Source: Bispira polyomma
Taxonomy: Eukaryota
Assembly: GCA_965649765.1 (NCBI GenBank)
Contig: OZ287748.1
Coordinates: 12,338,001-12,402,000 of the forward strand
Direction: 5' to 3'
DNA: 64,000 nt
Shown here: positions 51,741 through 62,200 of the stretch, in pieces
Layout: the number at the start of each line of letters is the position of its first letter
How positions within the stretch are numbered: the stretch's first letter is position 1
Position numbers and translations under genes: made by a program
The notes under the pieces: generated by a model
Databases searched by the model: none
Seen by the model: only the letters and a program-made list of their open reading frames with translations
What the model was told of the DNA's origin: nothing

Positions 51741-52376
51741 AAGCCTGGTCACGCTGGAGCTATGTGTGTGTGGCGTTTTCAATTGTTTAGAAACCTAGTA
51801 CAGACGTACTAGAAGGTAATGCAAAAGTGAGGATCCCTGGTGCGTTCTTTCCCGGATGTTGCTTAACGAATGATATCGTTCTGGAAACGTCTCCGTTTGG
51901 TCTGCTACCACAATTATTTCAAACTGTTTGAAACAATTTTGTCACAGCTCCCGTTTATCCACACTTTTTTGTTCGTCCCGGAACGTTTCCGAAAGTAGCA
52001 TAGACGTATCAGTAAGTAGCTCTACATAGTAGTAGGTAGCGAGGAAGTCCCAGTAAGTAATGAGATCGTCTCCACTCGTCCCCATTAGTCAAAAACGTTT
52101 CACTAAGTAGCAGAAGGCAACAGAACGCACCAGTAAGTAGCAGTATAAAACATCTACATAGTAGGAGGTAGTGATATCCTACCAATAAAGTGTTCGATTT
52201 TTTGCCCCTGCTTCATGTGTTAAAGTACAAACATCGCCACAAAACGTCACAAAAACGTCACAATCGACTCCCCCTTTATGAGAATGACGTTACTCTGACA
52301 CAAAACTACCGCGTTTTCAGTGTACATTGCTTAGGTACGTTGAGGGACATTAACACGTGTAGGTGTGACCAGGCCA
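51741..52376. mobile_element. MITE-like element (possibly Harbinger)
   Basis: TIR gcctggtcac at 51743-51752 and gtgaccaggc at 52365-52374, with TTA nearby on both sides; interior agtaagtagc repeats. Confidence 0.55.
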
Positions 52377-52582
52377 TTAACAATCTCTTAGGTAACTGCA
52401 CTTAATACATTTAATACCTGATACTACTTGACTGATAGCTAGAGCTTAGTTCTACCTTTGATATTAATCACATGGTTAGTATCTGGATAAGTAGTGCAAA
52501 AAAGGACTGTCTATTACTTGTCAGTATGGTTTTTGGTATTGTTTTCAGTACTTGTCATAGAGAAAGCAATAAGGACTAAAAT

Positions 52583-53917
52583 ATGTCAGAAATGTATTCA
52601 AAGGTAGTTTCTCTGATTCGTAGTTTAACAGTGGAGCCAGTGACAGTGTTGTTCTTTTTGGCGACCAGTTTCCAAATGCCCACTGATGATGCACTCTGGT
52701 ACAGGAAGGTCTGCCTTCAGCTTTATGATGATGCAGAACTGTGTGCAAACATCAATGCCAATGCAAGCTACGCTGAGATGGAAAAGGAAGTGCAAAGTAT
52801 GAACTCTGAATGGAACTTCTACAGAAATGTTTGTTTCTCCCTACCATCCATGTTGACTACATTTCTCTATGGCTCCTGGAGTGACCGTATCAGCAGGAAG
52901 ATAACCATACTCTTACCACTGTTTGGGGTGTTGGCTGGTTGCTCTGTCAATATAGCATCTGCTATCTTTATTACATCATCCCTTGGTTTTCTCCTGATGT
53001 CTAATGCCTTGCAAGGTATGCTTGGGGGAATGATGACTATGTTGATGTCTACCATGAGCTACATCAGTGACGTCAGTACACCAGAGTCAAGGACACTGCG
53101 GATCTCGGTCCTCTATGCCAGCTCAAACATTGGTTCACTTTTGGCATACACTGTTTCTGGTGTTATATTTGACCATACTGGTTTTACTGTCATGTATTCA
53201 CTTTGTATTGGTGTTGTGCTTCTGAGTATATTCTGTGCTATTTTCTTTCTCAGAGACATTAGACCTACCGATGGTCGTGTGGAAAATACTCAAAATGAAC
53301 ATTTAGGAAAACAACAGGTGGATATTACACCCAGTGACAGCAGAGGAATAAAAGCTAGTTGCAGCAAATTCTGTGACATCAGTCATGCTAAAGAAGCCGT
53401 CTTAGTGACATTTCAGCATCGCGAGAATAATCACAGAATGCATATTGTGGCAGTCCTAATGATTCTGTTGTTTTATATGGTTGGTGGCTGTAAGTACATG
53501 AGTATGTCTTTATATTAATTTTGAAAGTGAATTTAAACAATGAAGTACATCATTGTACAAACACGTATGTGTGTTATATAGGTTGTGCTTTACTTGTGTC
53601 ATCCTAAGTCCAATGCTTGTAGTTATCAGGTGGAGATATTTACCTAAAGCCTGTAGTTTATTATTCATCTGTTGTAGCTACAGCTGTACAATATCTGTAT
53701 TTAAAACATCCACCCCTGGGGTTCAGTCAGACCATGTATGGCTTCTTTGAAGGCTGGCATATTTTCATAAAACTGACAGTCAATGGTCTCTTTGTGCCCG
53801 TGTTAAAGAAGAGGTATAATGTGGCTGACATCCCACTCATGATCATTGCACTGATTTCACACATGATGTCCACAGTGGTACTGGCACTGAGTACATACAC
53901 CTGGATGGTCTTCATGG
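52583..53917 (+). CDS. SLC46/PCFT-like transporter, paralogue 2; exons 1-2 only (52583-53489, 53678-53917)
   Basis: Strong similarity to paralogue 1, with the same phase-1 intron positions; exons 3-6 not recognised in this window. Confidence 0.85.
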
Positions 53918-53996
53918 GTAAGTCAGTCATATATTGTAACTCAAAGTTTAATGTTAGTAGTCTACAAATAAATTTCCAAAACCATAAATTTACCAG

Positions 53997-54705
53997 GGGC
54001 CGTATTCACTAACAGACTCAGCCAAGTCTTAGGCTTAAAGTTAAGACTTTTGTCTTAACTTTTGGGGAAAAAAGACTAAGACAAAAGTCTTAGTCTTAGC
54101 GATATTCACAAAGCAGCTAAGCCTAAGTTTTAGCTTAGCCAAGGGCTTAACTTTAAGACAGGTAGGTAGTGGGCTTAACTTTATAGTAAAAAGTCTTAGG
54201 GTTTTTACACAACTTTTACAAATAAAACATTGTAAATTTGAAGTGCATGACAAACTATAAACATTTAACTATGGTATTATGATATCAAATAGCAAACAAT
54301 CCTTACTGTAACCTGTGATAAGTCAAACAAAAAGTAGTATTATTTCTAACATATTTTGAATCATATAGTCTTTGAAGGGGAAGCCAGTCTTAGGCATTTC
54401 TTAAGTCTAAGTCCAATGAAAGAAAATAATTTCTTATTTAATGATTTTTTTTTTACTCTGGGAAGTTCATATAGCCATAATTAATTATATAGTATATGTG
54501 TATGTGTAAAAATGTAAATAATATTTTGTATAATAGTAAAAAGAACAATTTAAATTTAAGACTTTTGTCTTAACATAGTCTTAGCTAAGTCACCTTTTGT
54601 GAATACCATTTTAAGACAAAACTTAGCTAAGACAAAAGTCTTAGATTTAAGACTGGGCTTAGCCTAAGTTTTGGCTTAGTTTAAGACCGTTAGTGAATAC
54701 GGGCC
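53997..54705. mobile_element. PIF/Harbinger MITE with CAG TSD
   Basis: 17-bp TIR GG(G/C)CCGTATTCACTAAC; CAG at 53994-53996 and 54706-54708; subterminal ttaagac/gtcttag repeats. Confidence 0.88.
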
Positions 54706-54784
54706 CAGAGATATAAAAATAGCATATGCTTAACAATTATCTAAGAGTTTATTTGAACTTGGTGTAGGTGACAGGAGTAAACTG

Positions 54785-54851
54785 ACTGCCTTATATATTA
54801 TTGGTATAAAATATATTTCGAACTCCAGTGGGTGTTCTCATCAGAGGCTGT
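54785..54851 (-). ncRNA. Type I hammerhead ribozyme in the 3' pLTR
   Basis: Exact reverse complement of 56889-56955. Confidence 0.85.
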
Positions 54852-55714
54852 AAAAAATTCACCTTTTTTAAGACTTAAGGTGGAAAAATGGACTCCGCCT
54901 GACTCCGCCTGTTCCGGCGGAGCAACTGGGCGGAGCAGAACTCTAAGTGGGCTCTGACTCAAAGGTATTCATTATAGAGACCATAGAACCTGTCCTGGTG
55001 AATAAGTGATGTCCTGGTTGGGGATATTTGTCCATATAGTGGAGTACACAAAGGTAACATTTTTAATGTGAATTTACCAGAGTGTTTAAAAGTTGTTATG
55101 GTTGCCAGTGGGTTGACCAATGGTGAGCCTCCACATATAGAGGTGGCTCTAGTGGTGATTCCACCAGTAATGGCTGGTGTAGTTACTAAATTCAAATCAT
55201 TAATAACTAGGGTAATATTGGTTGACCAGTAGGGGAGCCTCCACAGTTTGGGGTGGCTCTAATGATCTGTACTAATGGGTTACTGTGTATACTGTTGGGG
55301 TGGGGTAAGACACAGTAACCCTAATTAGTAATGTTCAGCTAAAACGGAAGGGAATGTTATTATAGTTATAGGTAGTTGACTACATAAGTAATATAGCTAC
55401 CAAACTATTGATAGGGTGACACAGGAGGGAATGAACAGAATAAGTATTTCATGTACATATTGGTTTAATACTAATAAAGTATAAACAGGAAAAACAACCT
55501 AAATAGGTGGTGTGAATAATCCACCAATGAATATATATATGCAGTAATATAATTAGAAAGAGATTAGGTATTAACTCTAATAATTAAAACCCTATTAGGG
55601 ATAAAGATACTAATAATTTAATAATTGAAGCTTATAGTATAATGGATCATTCGGTAGTAATCCATCCAATATAGTATGATACACAAAATAATACCTATAT
55701 ATTGAGATATTATC

Positions 55715-56491
55715 CTATAAATCCCTGCATATGTTTTCTAGACACTCTAATAGGTGGAATTCTTTACTACTAGAGTCCAAGGGTAAGTTGCCCCACTGAC
55801 TGAAATTAGTTTGCTGTGGCGGTATAGGGTCCTCTAGATTAAGAGTGTCCCCAAACTGGACAGAAACTGGAAGGGAAAGTCCTAGGTGGTCATGTTCTTT
55901 CAGGTACTTTGTAGTGTAGTAACAAGGTAACTCCTTTCCAGGTGTTGCTGGAGAGGAGGTCATGATAGGATCATAAGCAGTAGGTTGTTCATCTAGCATC
56001 AGCACATGTGGTGAGGTGGCCGCTGAGCAGAGCCTGGTAGGGTTTATCTGGGTAGACTTCTCCCTCATAAAAACAGGTGATGTGTTCACTCCCACATGTG
56101 TGTTCTGTCTATAATCAGGTAGGATTGACAGATCAGTTTGGGTTGAATTGCTCGCCCAGGTGGTATGTGAAATGGTTTCAGTGGTGACGACACAGCCCAT
56201 CAGGTTGTGAGCTGAGGGATTGTGTTGCGCTAAATCCAAGATGTCATCCTGTGAGAACAAATCCGGGGAATAAACTTCTGTGTCAACACAGTTTAAAATG
56301 TTTTTGAACATTACATCTGTTTGGCTGTTTGGGCAGTGAGATGTGTGCCTCTTTAAGTAATCAGGTCTCCTGAAGGCCTTATTACAAAGTGTACAGTGGA
56401 TTCTGTATTCCTGATGTCTTGATTTGAGGTGTCTCTTTAAATTCGACTTCCTGCTGAAGGTGGTGTGACAAATATGGCAAGTAAACCACAT
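55715..56491 (-). CDS. Intronless zinc-finger protein (258 aa; one C2H2 and one C2H2/C2HC finger) inside the PLE
   Basis: CHICHTTFSRKSNLKRHLKSRH and CTLCNKAFRRPDYLKRHTSHC, then a Ser/Thr/Pro-rich tail with STQT/STQI motifs; intact from ATG to stop. Confidence 0.85.
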   Translation of the reverse strand: MWFTCHICHTTFSRKSNLKRHLKSRHQEYRIHCTLCNKAFRRPDYLKRHTSHCPNSQTDVMFKNILNCVDTEVYSPDLFSQDDILDLAQHNPSAHNLMGCVVTTETISHTTWASNSTQTDLSILPDYRQNTHVGVNTSPVFMREKSTQINPTRLCSAATSPHVLMLDEQPTAYDPIMTSSPATPGKELPCYYTTKYLKEHDHLGLSLPVSVQFGDTLNLEDPIPPQQTNFSQWGNLPLDSSSKEFHLLECLENICRDL

Positions 56492-56651
56492 TATTCAGAA
56501 TTAGTTTAATTGCTAATATCAATCACAAAAAATTTTTCTCACAAAAATAATTTTTTAAAAAAGAAAGGTGCCACTTGTATATGGGCAATTCAAATACAGC
56601 TTGTATTGTGTAGTCAGACAAAATATCCAGGTAAGTAAGGTGAATTGCCTG

Positions 56652-56729
56652 GTGACGGTGACGTCATAATGCCCTGATCGTAACGTGATGTTAAATGGTG
56701 CGTTACTTCAGAGTGACGTTGTGACGTCA
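56652..56729. promoter_or_regulatory. Cluster of CRE/ATF sites upstream of the zinc-finger ORF
   Basis: Perfect TGACGTCA at 56659-56666 and 56722-56729, plus TGACG half sites. Confidence 0.45.
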
Positions 56730-56888
56730 ATAGAGCCTGGATAGGTGTTTGAGCTCTGTTGAGTGAAGGGCCCAATATGAGAATATAAAGGGTAAGGGGG
56801 CATTAGGGTAAGGGTGCCAGGTAAGAGTCAGGCGGAGTCAGGCGGAGTCCATCTTTCCACCTTAAGTCTTAAAAAAGGTGAATTTTTT

Positions 56889-56955
56889 ACAGCCTCTGAT
56901 GAGAACACCCACTGGAGTTCGAAATATATTTTATACCAATAATATATAAGGCAGT
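56889..56955 (+). ncRNA. Type I hammerhead ribozyme in the 5' pLTR
   Basis: Stem I acagcct/aggcagt, CUGAUGA 56896-56902, stem II GAAC/GUUC, GAAA 56921-56924, stem III uauauu/aauaua, AUA cleavage triplet ending at 56948. Confidence 0.88.
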
Positions 56956-57022
56956 CAGTTTACTCCTGTCACCTACACCAAGTTCAAATAAACTCTTATA
57001 TTATTCACTTGGGTATATAGTC

Positions 57023-57808
57023 ATGAGTGTAAGTGACACAGCTCTCATCCCAGCACTTAACCACCTAGCAGTGGGAGGAAGTTCAGCTTTCAATACTCCA
57101 GAGACAGGTACACCTATACCTGGCAACAGTTTGAGTAATGAAACTCTGAGCCTACTTGAGGAAGCAGCCAATAAACTTGGAGCCCCACCCAATCCTAAAA
57201 AAGGAATGAAAAGGAGACGCATTGAGTCACCAGCAGATGACTCAAACAACACCAGCAGAAATGAGTACCCTATTGAGGCCAAACCACTCTATCTTAAAGT
57301 GAAAGCCCTCTACAGGAAGAAGATCAACACTGCCACCACAATCCAGGCTATCAAGCTACACCTGAAGGATGGGACATTTCCTGTCCAGACCAACTTTAGG
57401 AGTACCCTCCCGCAGAGCACCAATGATCACTTTAGAATGAAATGGAGTGAAGCTTGTAGCTCATTCAAAAGACAGCTAACCAGCATGCTTTCTGACAAAC
57501 TCAATTCAAGGTACTCAGATTACAGATCTGAGATAACAGCTAAAATGAGTGAACTCAAAGCAATTCTCTCAGAAGCCCAATTTGAGGAGATCAAAGATAG
57601 TCTCCAGTTGAAGTACAAGTCAGCAGCCACAACCAAAATGACTGCAAAACTCAATGCAAAAAATCTACCAACCAAAATAGAACCCCCTGTTAAGAAAACA
57701 AAAAAGGAAAACAGGAGACCTGCACCAAGAACTACCAGGCCAAAAAATGACCTTAAGGAGCTGAGACAGTTACTCACTACTCTCAATAAGAAGTTTTTGA
57801 ATAAATGA
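57023..57808 (+). CDS. PLE upstream ORF (261 aa, basic, helical/coiled-coil, NLS-like KRRR)
   Basis: Intact ORF directly after the 5' pLTR; LKDGTFP...F..KW..ACS..KRQL resembles N-terminal extensions of some EN+ PLEs (from memory, unverified). Confidence 0.7.
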   Translation: MSVSDTALIPALNHLAVGGSSAFNTPETGTPIPGNSLSNETLSLLEEAANKLGAPPNPKKGMKRRRIESPADDSNNTSRNEYPIEAKPLYLKVKALYRKKINTATTIQAIKLHLKDGTFPVQTNFRSTLPQSTNDHFRMKWSEACSSFKRQLTSMLSDKLNSRYSDYRSEITAKMSELKAILSEAQFEEIKDSLQLKYKSAATTKMTAKLNAKNLPTKIEPPVKKTKKENRRPAPRTTRPKNDLKELRQLLTTLNKKFLNK

Positions 57809-57979
57809 ATGATTACTCTTATTCATGTTCTTACTTGTATTTAAAGTATATTGTATATAACTATATTGATTCCATTAAAAACCTGTTATTGTTACTTTGT
57901 TGTTATTACTACCTTGGTTACTAACGGAGCTCAAAATTACACCTCAGTAGCTAGTAAACAGATATCCACTGGTTTAAAG

Positions 57980-60366
57980 ATGGAAAGATCTGATTACTTT
58001 AAAACCTTAAATCTTATCAAGGAGAAGGCTAAAACAGCCCCTCCAGGGATATTACCTCCTGGCAAAACCATGGAGGCCCTGATAGGCCACACTGTAATTA
58101 ATCTATCAGATTCCAATCTCAGTGATGCCCAAATAAGTGCACTTCAAAAAGGCTTAACATTTTGCCCAACCCCAGGCCCACCAAATAAATCAAAAATTTG
58201 GTTGGACTTCAAGGAATTCCATAGGCGTCTTTGCTTAAAATATCATTTTTACAATGACAATGGTCAACTCAGTGATTTGACCCAGTCTGACTCCGAATTG
58301 CTTGAATTTTTGGCATTGAACTTAGAGGAAAGTGAAAATCCCTACAAGGATATTCACCAAAAATTTGTGAATAAAAGCTCATGGAAACCACCAAGAATAC
58401 ACTAATCTCTTAAAATTTTCCAAAGAGCTTTTAAATCCAGCCTCTTAAACAGTAAGACCTCCCACAAAAGATCCAAAAATCTTACCAAGGCACAATACTC
58501 AGGCCTCAAAGAACTTAATGACAACCCAGACATTGTCATCAAGAAGGCAGATAAAGGCTCAGCAGTAGTAGTTATGAACACCACTGATTACCTGAGAGAA
58601 GGGTATAGACAACTCTCAGACACCAATTTCTATACTAAACTGGACTCTGATCCTACTGTAGACATCTCCACCAAAGTGTCTAAAACCCTACACCAAATGA
58701 AACATAAGGGGCTCATTAGTGATAAAAATCTTGAACATTTATTACCAGATAATTGCTCAGAAGGCAGATTTTATCTCCTACCAAAAATTCACAAAAAAGG
58801 TGTGCCAGGCAGACCCATTTGTAGCTCAGTACAGCACCCCACCAGTAGAATCAGTAAGTTTGTGGATGAACATATTAAGAAATATGTACCACAGACAAAA
58901 TCATATATTAGAGATACTCAAGACTTTATCTCTAAACTCAGAGATTTAGGCTAAATACCTGAAGGTGCAATTCTTTGCACTTTAGATGTGTCATCACTCT
59001 ATACCAACATCCCAAATCATGAAGGTATACTAGCAGTGGCTGACCACCTCAGAACAGACCCCACCAAATCACCTATAGCTAGCTTCATACTGGACCTAGT
59101 CAAATTAGTTCTTCACAGTATGAATTTTGAATTTAATGGTGATCATTATATCCAAATAGGAGGTACAGCTATAGGCACATCACTTGCACCCAACTATGCT
59201 AATCTTTTCATGGACAGATTTGAGACAAAAGCACTAAAAGGCTACCACTTAAAACCATTAGTGTGGAAAAGATTTATCGATGACATCTTTATGATTTGGA
59301 CCCATGGTGAAAATGCGTTAATGGAATTCGTGAATTATCTAAATAATATTCACCAAACCATTAAATTCACATATGAATACAGCAGAACCCACATAGATTT
59401 TTTAGACACAACAATCAAATTTAATCCACCCTGTATAACAAACCCACTGATACACACTTGTATCTTCACCACACCTCAGCACACCCAAAAAGTGTTTTGG
59501 ATAAAGGTCCATATGGGCAATACCTCAGACTTAGGCGCATATGCACACTTAATGAGGATTTCACCAGTAATGCCAAGAAACTCACTGAGTACTACCTTGC
59601 TCGTGGTTACCCCATTAAATCCCTCAGGGGTCACTTCAGAAAGGCTAACAAATTCACTCAAGCACAATTACTTGCAGTAAATAAAAGGGAGCAAAATGAC
59701 CCTCCAGTTTTAGTAACTGAATACAACCCAATGAACCCTGATATTAAAGGGCTCATTAAAAATAATTGGAATATTTTCCAACACACAGATGACCTAAAGA
59801 AAATATTCAATGAAAAACCTATCATTGGATTCAAGAGGCTACCTAACCTCAGAGATAAACTTACCTCTGCCAAAATTCTGTACCCTGCAGACAGCTGTGA
59901 ACAGTCATCAATAGACCTCCCACCTGTCTGTACCAGATTGGGCAAGTGCATATACTGCCCCAAACTTAAGAAACTGGATCAGTTTACCAGTTTTCATACA
60001 AAAAAGGTTTATAAGTGTATTAATCTCCCACCAAAACCCCGTCTCACATGTGAATTATATAATTTGATTTACATGATCAACTGTAATCAATGTGGATTAC
60101 AATACATAGGGGAAACCAAGAGGCCATTTAGACAAAGGATGTATGAACACATAAGTGTCAGCAATCCAAAACTACAATCATCCACCCCAGTATCAAGGCA
60201 TTTTAGTCAGAAACAACACTCTGCTAAAAATATGGAGTTTAGTATTGTCCATTGGTTAGGTCTGGATAATAAGGCAAATAGTACAGGGCAACGCAGGCGT
60301 CAGGAACTGTACTATATATGGGCCTTACCAACCCTAACCCCCACTGGGATTATTATATTTGTGTGA
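57980..60366 (+). pseudogene. Penelope RT plus GIY-YIG endonuclease ORF, disrupted
   Basis: VINLS, KGLTFCP, KKADKG, FYLLPKIHK..GRPI, LDVSSLYTNIP, GTAIG..APNYANLFM, RFIDD, CxxxxxCxxC linker, IYMINCNQCGLQYIGET...RMYEH; TAA stops at 58403 and 58952, frameshift near 59420. Confidence 0.93.
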
Positions 60367-60453
60367 TGAGGCCCTCTTACCTGGCACCCTTACCCTAGTG
60401 CCCCCTTACCCTTAACAATTATCTCTTTATTGCATAACACACATTACACAATT

Positions 60454-60490
60454 GTATTCCCCCCACGAATATAACTCGTGGGGGGAATAC
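60454..60490. repeat. Perfect 15-bp-stem hairpin
   Basis: gtattccccccacga-atataac-tcgtggggggaatac. Confidence 0.9.
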
Positions 60491-61073
60491 GAGGTCTTAA
60501 TGTCTTAACATTTTTATCTGCACACTGTTAGTCTCAGTAATAGGAGCAAAGTTAACACTAACCAAATATTTTTTCTTACTGTCACCGGGACTAAGGCCAA
60601 AATCAGAGACCAAAACCCTGAGCTTAAGATAAGGACCTTTTGTAAATACGGCCCAAGGAATTGTAAAATATGTTATTCACCTTTGTCAACCCCTGTTGTA
60701 TATTGGTTAAATTGTTGTTCCGATGATCAGAAGGTCCCGAGTTTAATTCCTGGTACTGACTGTTAGTTTTATTAAGTACTATCTCCAGTGGGAGATTAAA
60801 GATACTTGGGGACATTGATAAATGATCATCCTCAAGCCTCGGCACCCATAGTGGCTGCCCATGAGGAAGCGCATTTGAAATGACCCTACGTTTTATAGAA
60901 GGGCTGTAACAAATGTCACATTTCATTTTATTATTGAATAAGTACTTAATATGAACTTTTGTGAGAAATTAGCCTGTGAGTATTTGTCCAAAGTATTGGG
61001 AATTGAGTATTTTCTGTATATCTAATATCCATACAAATACTTGCTGTAGACCAGTAGTTTACAGCTCATCAAC

Positions 61074-61162
61074 ACTGGTTCCCTCCATCAGTAAATCTGA
61101 CCGTCATGGTATTATCTGAGCTATTGAAAGTGACGTAAAACCCAACACTAAATTTAAATTTA
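61074..61162 (+). mobile_element. 3' tail fragment of a further SINE
   Basis: cctccatcagtaaatctgaccgtcatg...ttgaaagtgacgtaaaacccaac resembles SINE tails ending in gaaagtg(a/g)cgttaaa; family A also ends in gacgttaaa. Confidence 0.45.
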
Positions 61163-61458
61163 TTTGTAAGGGTGTATTGGGACACCCCATGAACAAATAC
61201 CTAACCTGCCAGGTCTTGCCTGAAAAAAAGCAACAGCTTGATGCATTTCAGCTGCAAGTGTTAAATGATAAGAATACAGTCAGGAACATGTCAATGTCAA
61301 AATTCTGTTGTTCAACTCATGTTTGTCGCAGCTCAACAAATCTAATCTTTGATAGCGCTTATCTCTGTGCTAGCGGAGAAAAATAATTTGACAATTTTAT
61401 ATAGCCATTGGACGTACAGAGGTCGTGATCATGGAAACGCTGGAAAAATTTAAGTAGG

Positions 61459-61768
61459 CTAAGGTGGAAAAGCCTTGCTAAATAGGTAGGTTTTGAACTT
61501 TTCCCCCAAAGGCATGTGAAAAGGCAGTGTGAATATCACGAGCCAGATTATTTCACACCTCAGGAGCATCATATTGGAAACTATTGTTAAAATGTCTTTT
61601 TGACCTGTGAACCGATCATACAAAGGTAGGTAAACTTGCGTTGACATGTATAGGAAGACAAGTAAGGATTTAAATACTGAAGGAGACCTAAATTAAGATA
61701 TTTATAGACCAAGGTAGCAGTTTTGAATATTACTCTGTACTCAATAGGCAGCCAATCATAAAGAAAGT
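61459..61768 (-). mobile_element. 3' fragment of an L2/CR1-group LINE
   Basis: DWLPIEYRVIFKTATLVYKYLN...KFKTYLFSKAFPP*, homologous to the end of the 13424-15137 element. Confidence 0.8.
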
Positions 61769-61770
61769 TC

Positions 61771-62200
61771 TACCCCCCTTGTACCCCCCCTTGTACCCCC
61801 CCATGTACCCCCCTTGTACCCCCCCTTGTACCCCCCTTGTACCCCCCCCCTGTACCCCCCCTTGTACCCCCCTTGTACCCCCCCCTTGTACCCCCCTTGT
61901 ACCCCCCCTGTACCCCCCCTTGTACCCCCCTTGTACCCCCCCTTGTACCCCCCCATGTCCCCCCCTTGTATCCCCCCCTTGTACCCCCCCCTTGTATCCC
62001 CCCCCTTGTACCCCCCCTTGTACCCCCCCCCTTGTATCCCCCCCTTGTACCCCCATCCCCCGCCCCCTGGATCACCTATGCATCCTACTATATAATGTAC
62101 TTGTAGCCCCCCCCCCTGTACCCCCCCTTGTATCCCCCCCTTGTACCCCCATCCCCCGCCCCCTGGATCACCTATGCATCCTACTATATAATGTACTTGG
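61771..62200. repeat. C-rich (CCCCCCTTGTA)n satellite plus a ~80-bp direct duplication
   Basis: About 25 units of 10-12 bp; the block ...cccatcccccgccccctggatcacctatgcatcctactatataatgtacttg occurs twice. Confidence 0.95.

Larger units (their letters stand above)
54743..60410. mobile_element. Penelope-like element (GIY-YIG EN+) with internal inversion, single insertion event
   Basis: 14-bp TSD cttaacaattatct at 54729-54742 / 60411-60424; 169-bp inverted terminal repeats (pLTRs) 54743-54911 / 56829-56997 with 1 mismatch; RT-EN ORF. Confidence 0.93.

Noticed and set aside
58403-58954. Selenocysteine read-through as in Naiad PLEs
   Set aside because: Both internal stops are TAA, not TGA, and a frameshift is also present
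60362-60380. Third hammerhead at tgatgaggcc after the RT-EN stop
   Set aside because: Lacks the C of CUGAUGA and has no stem II followed by GAAA
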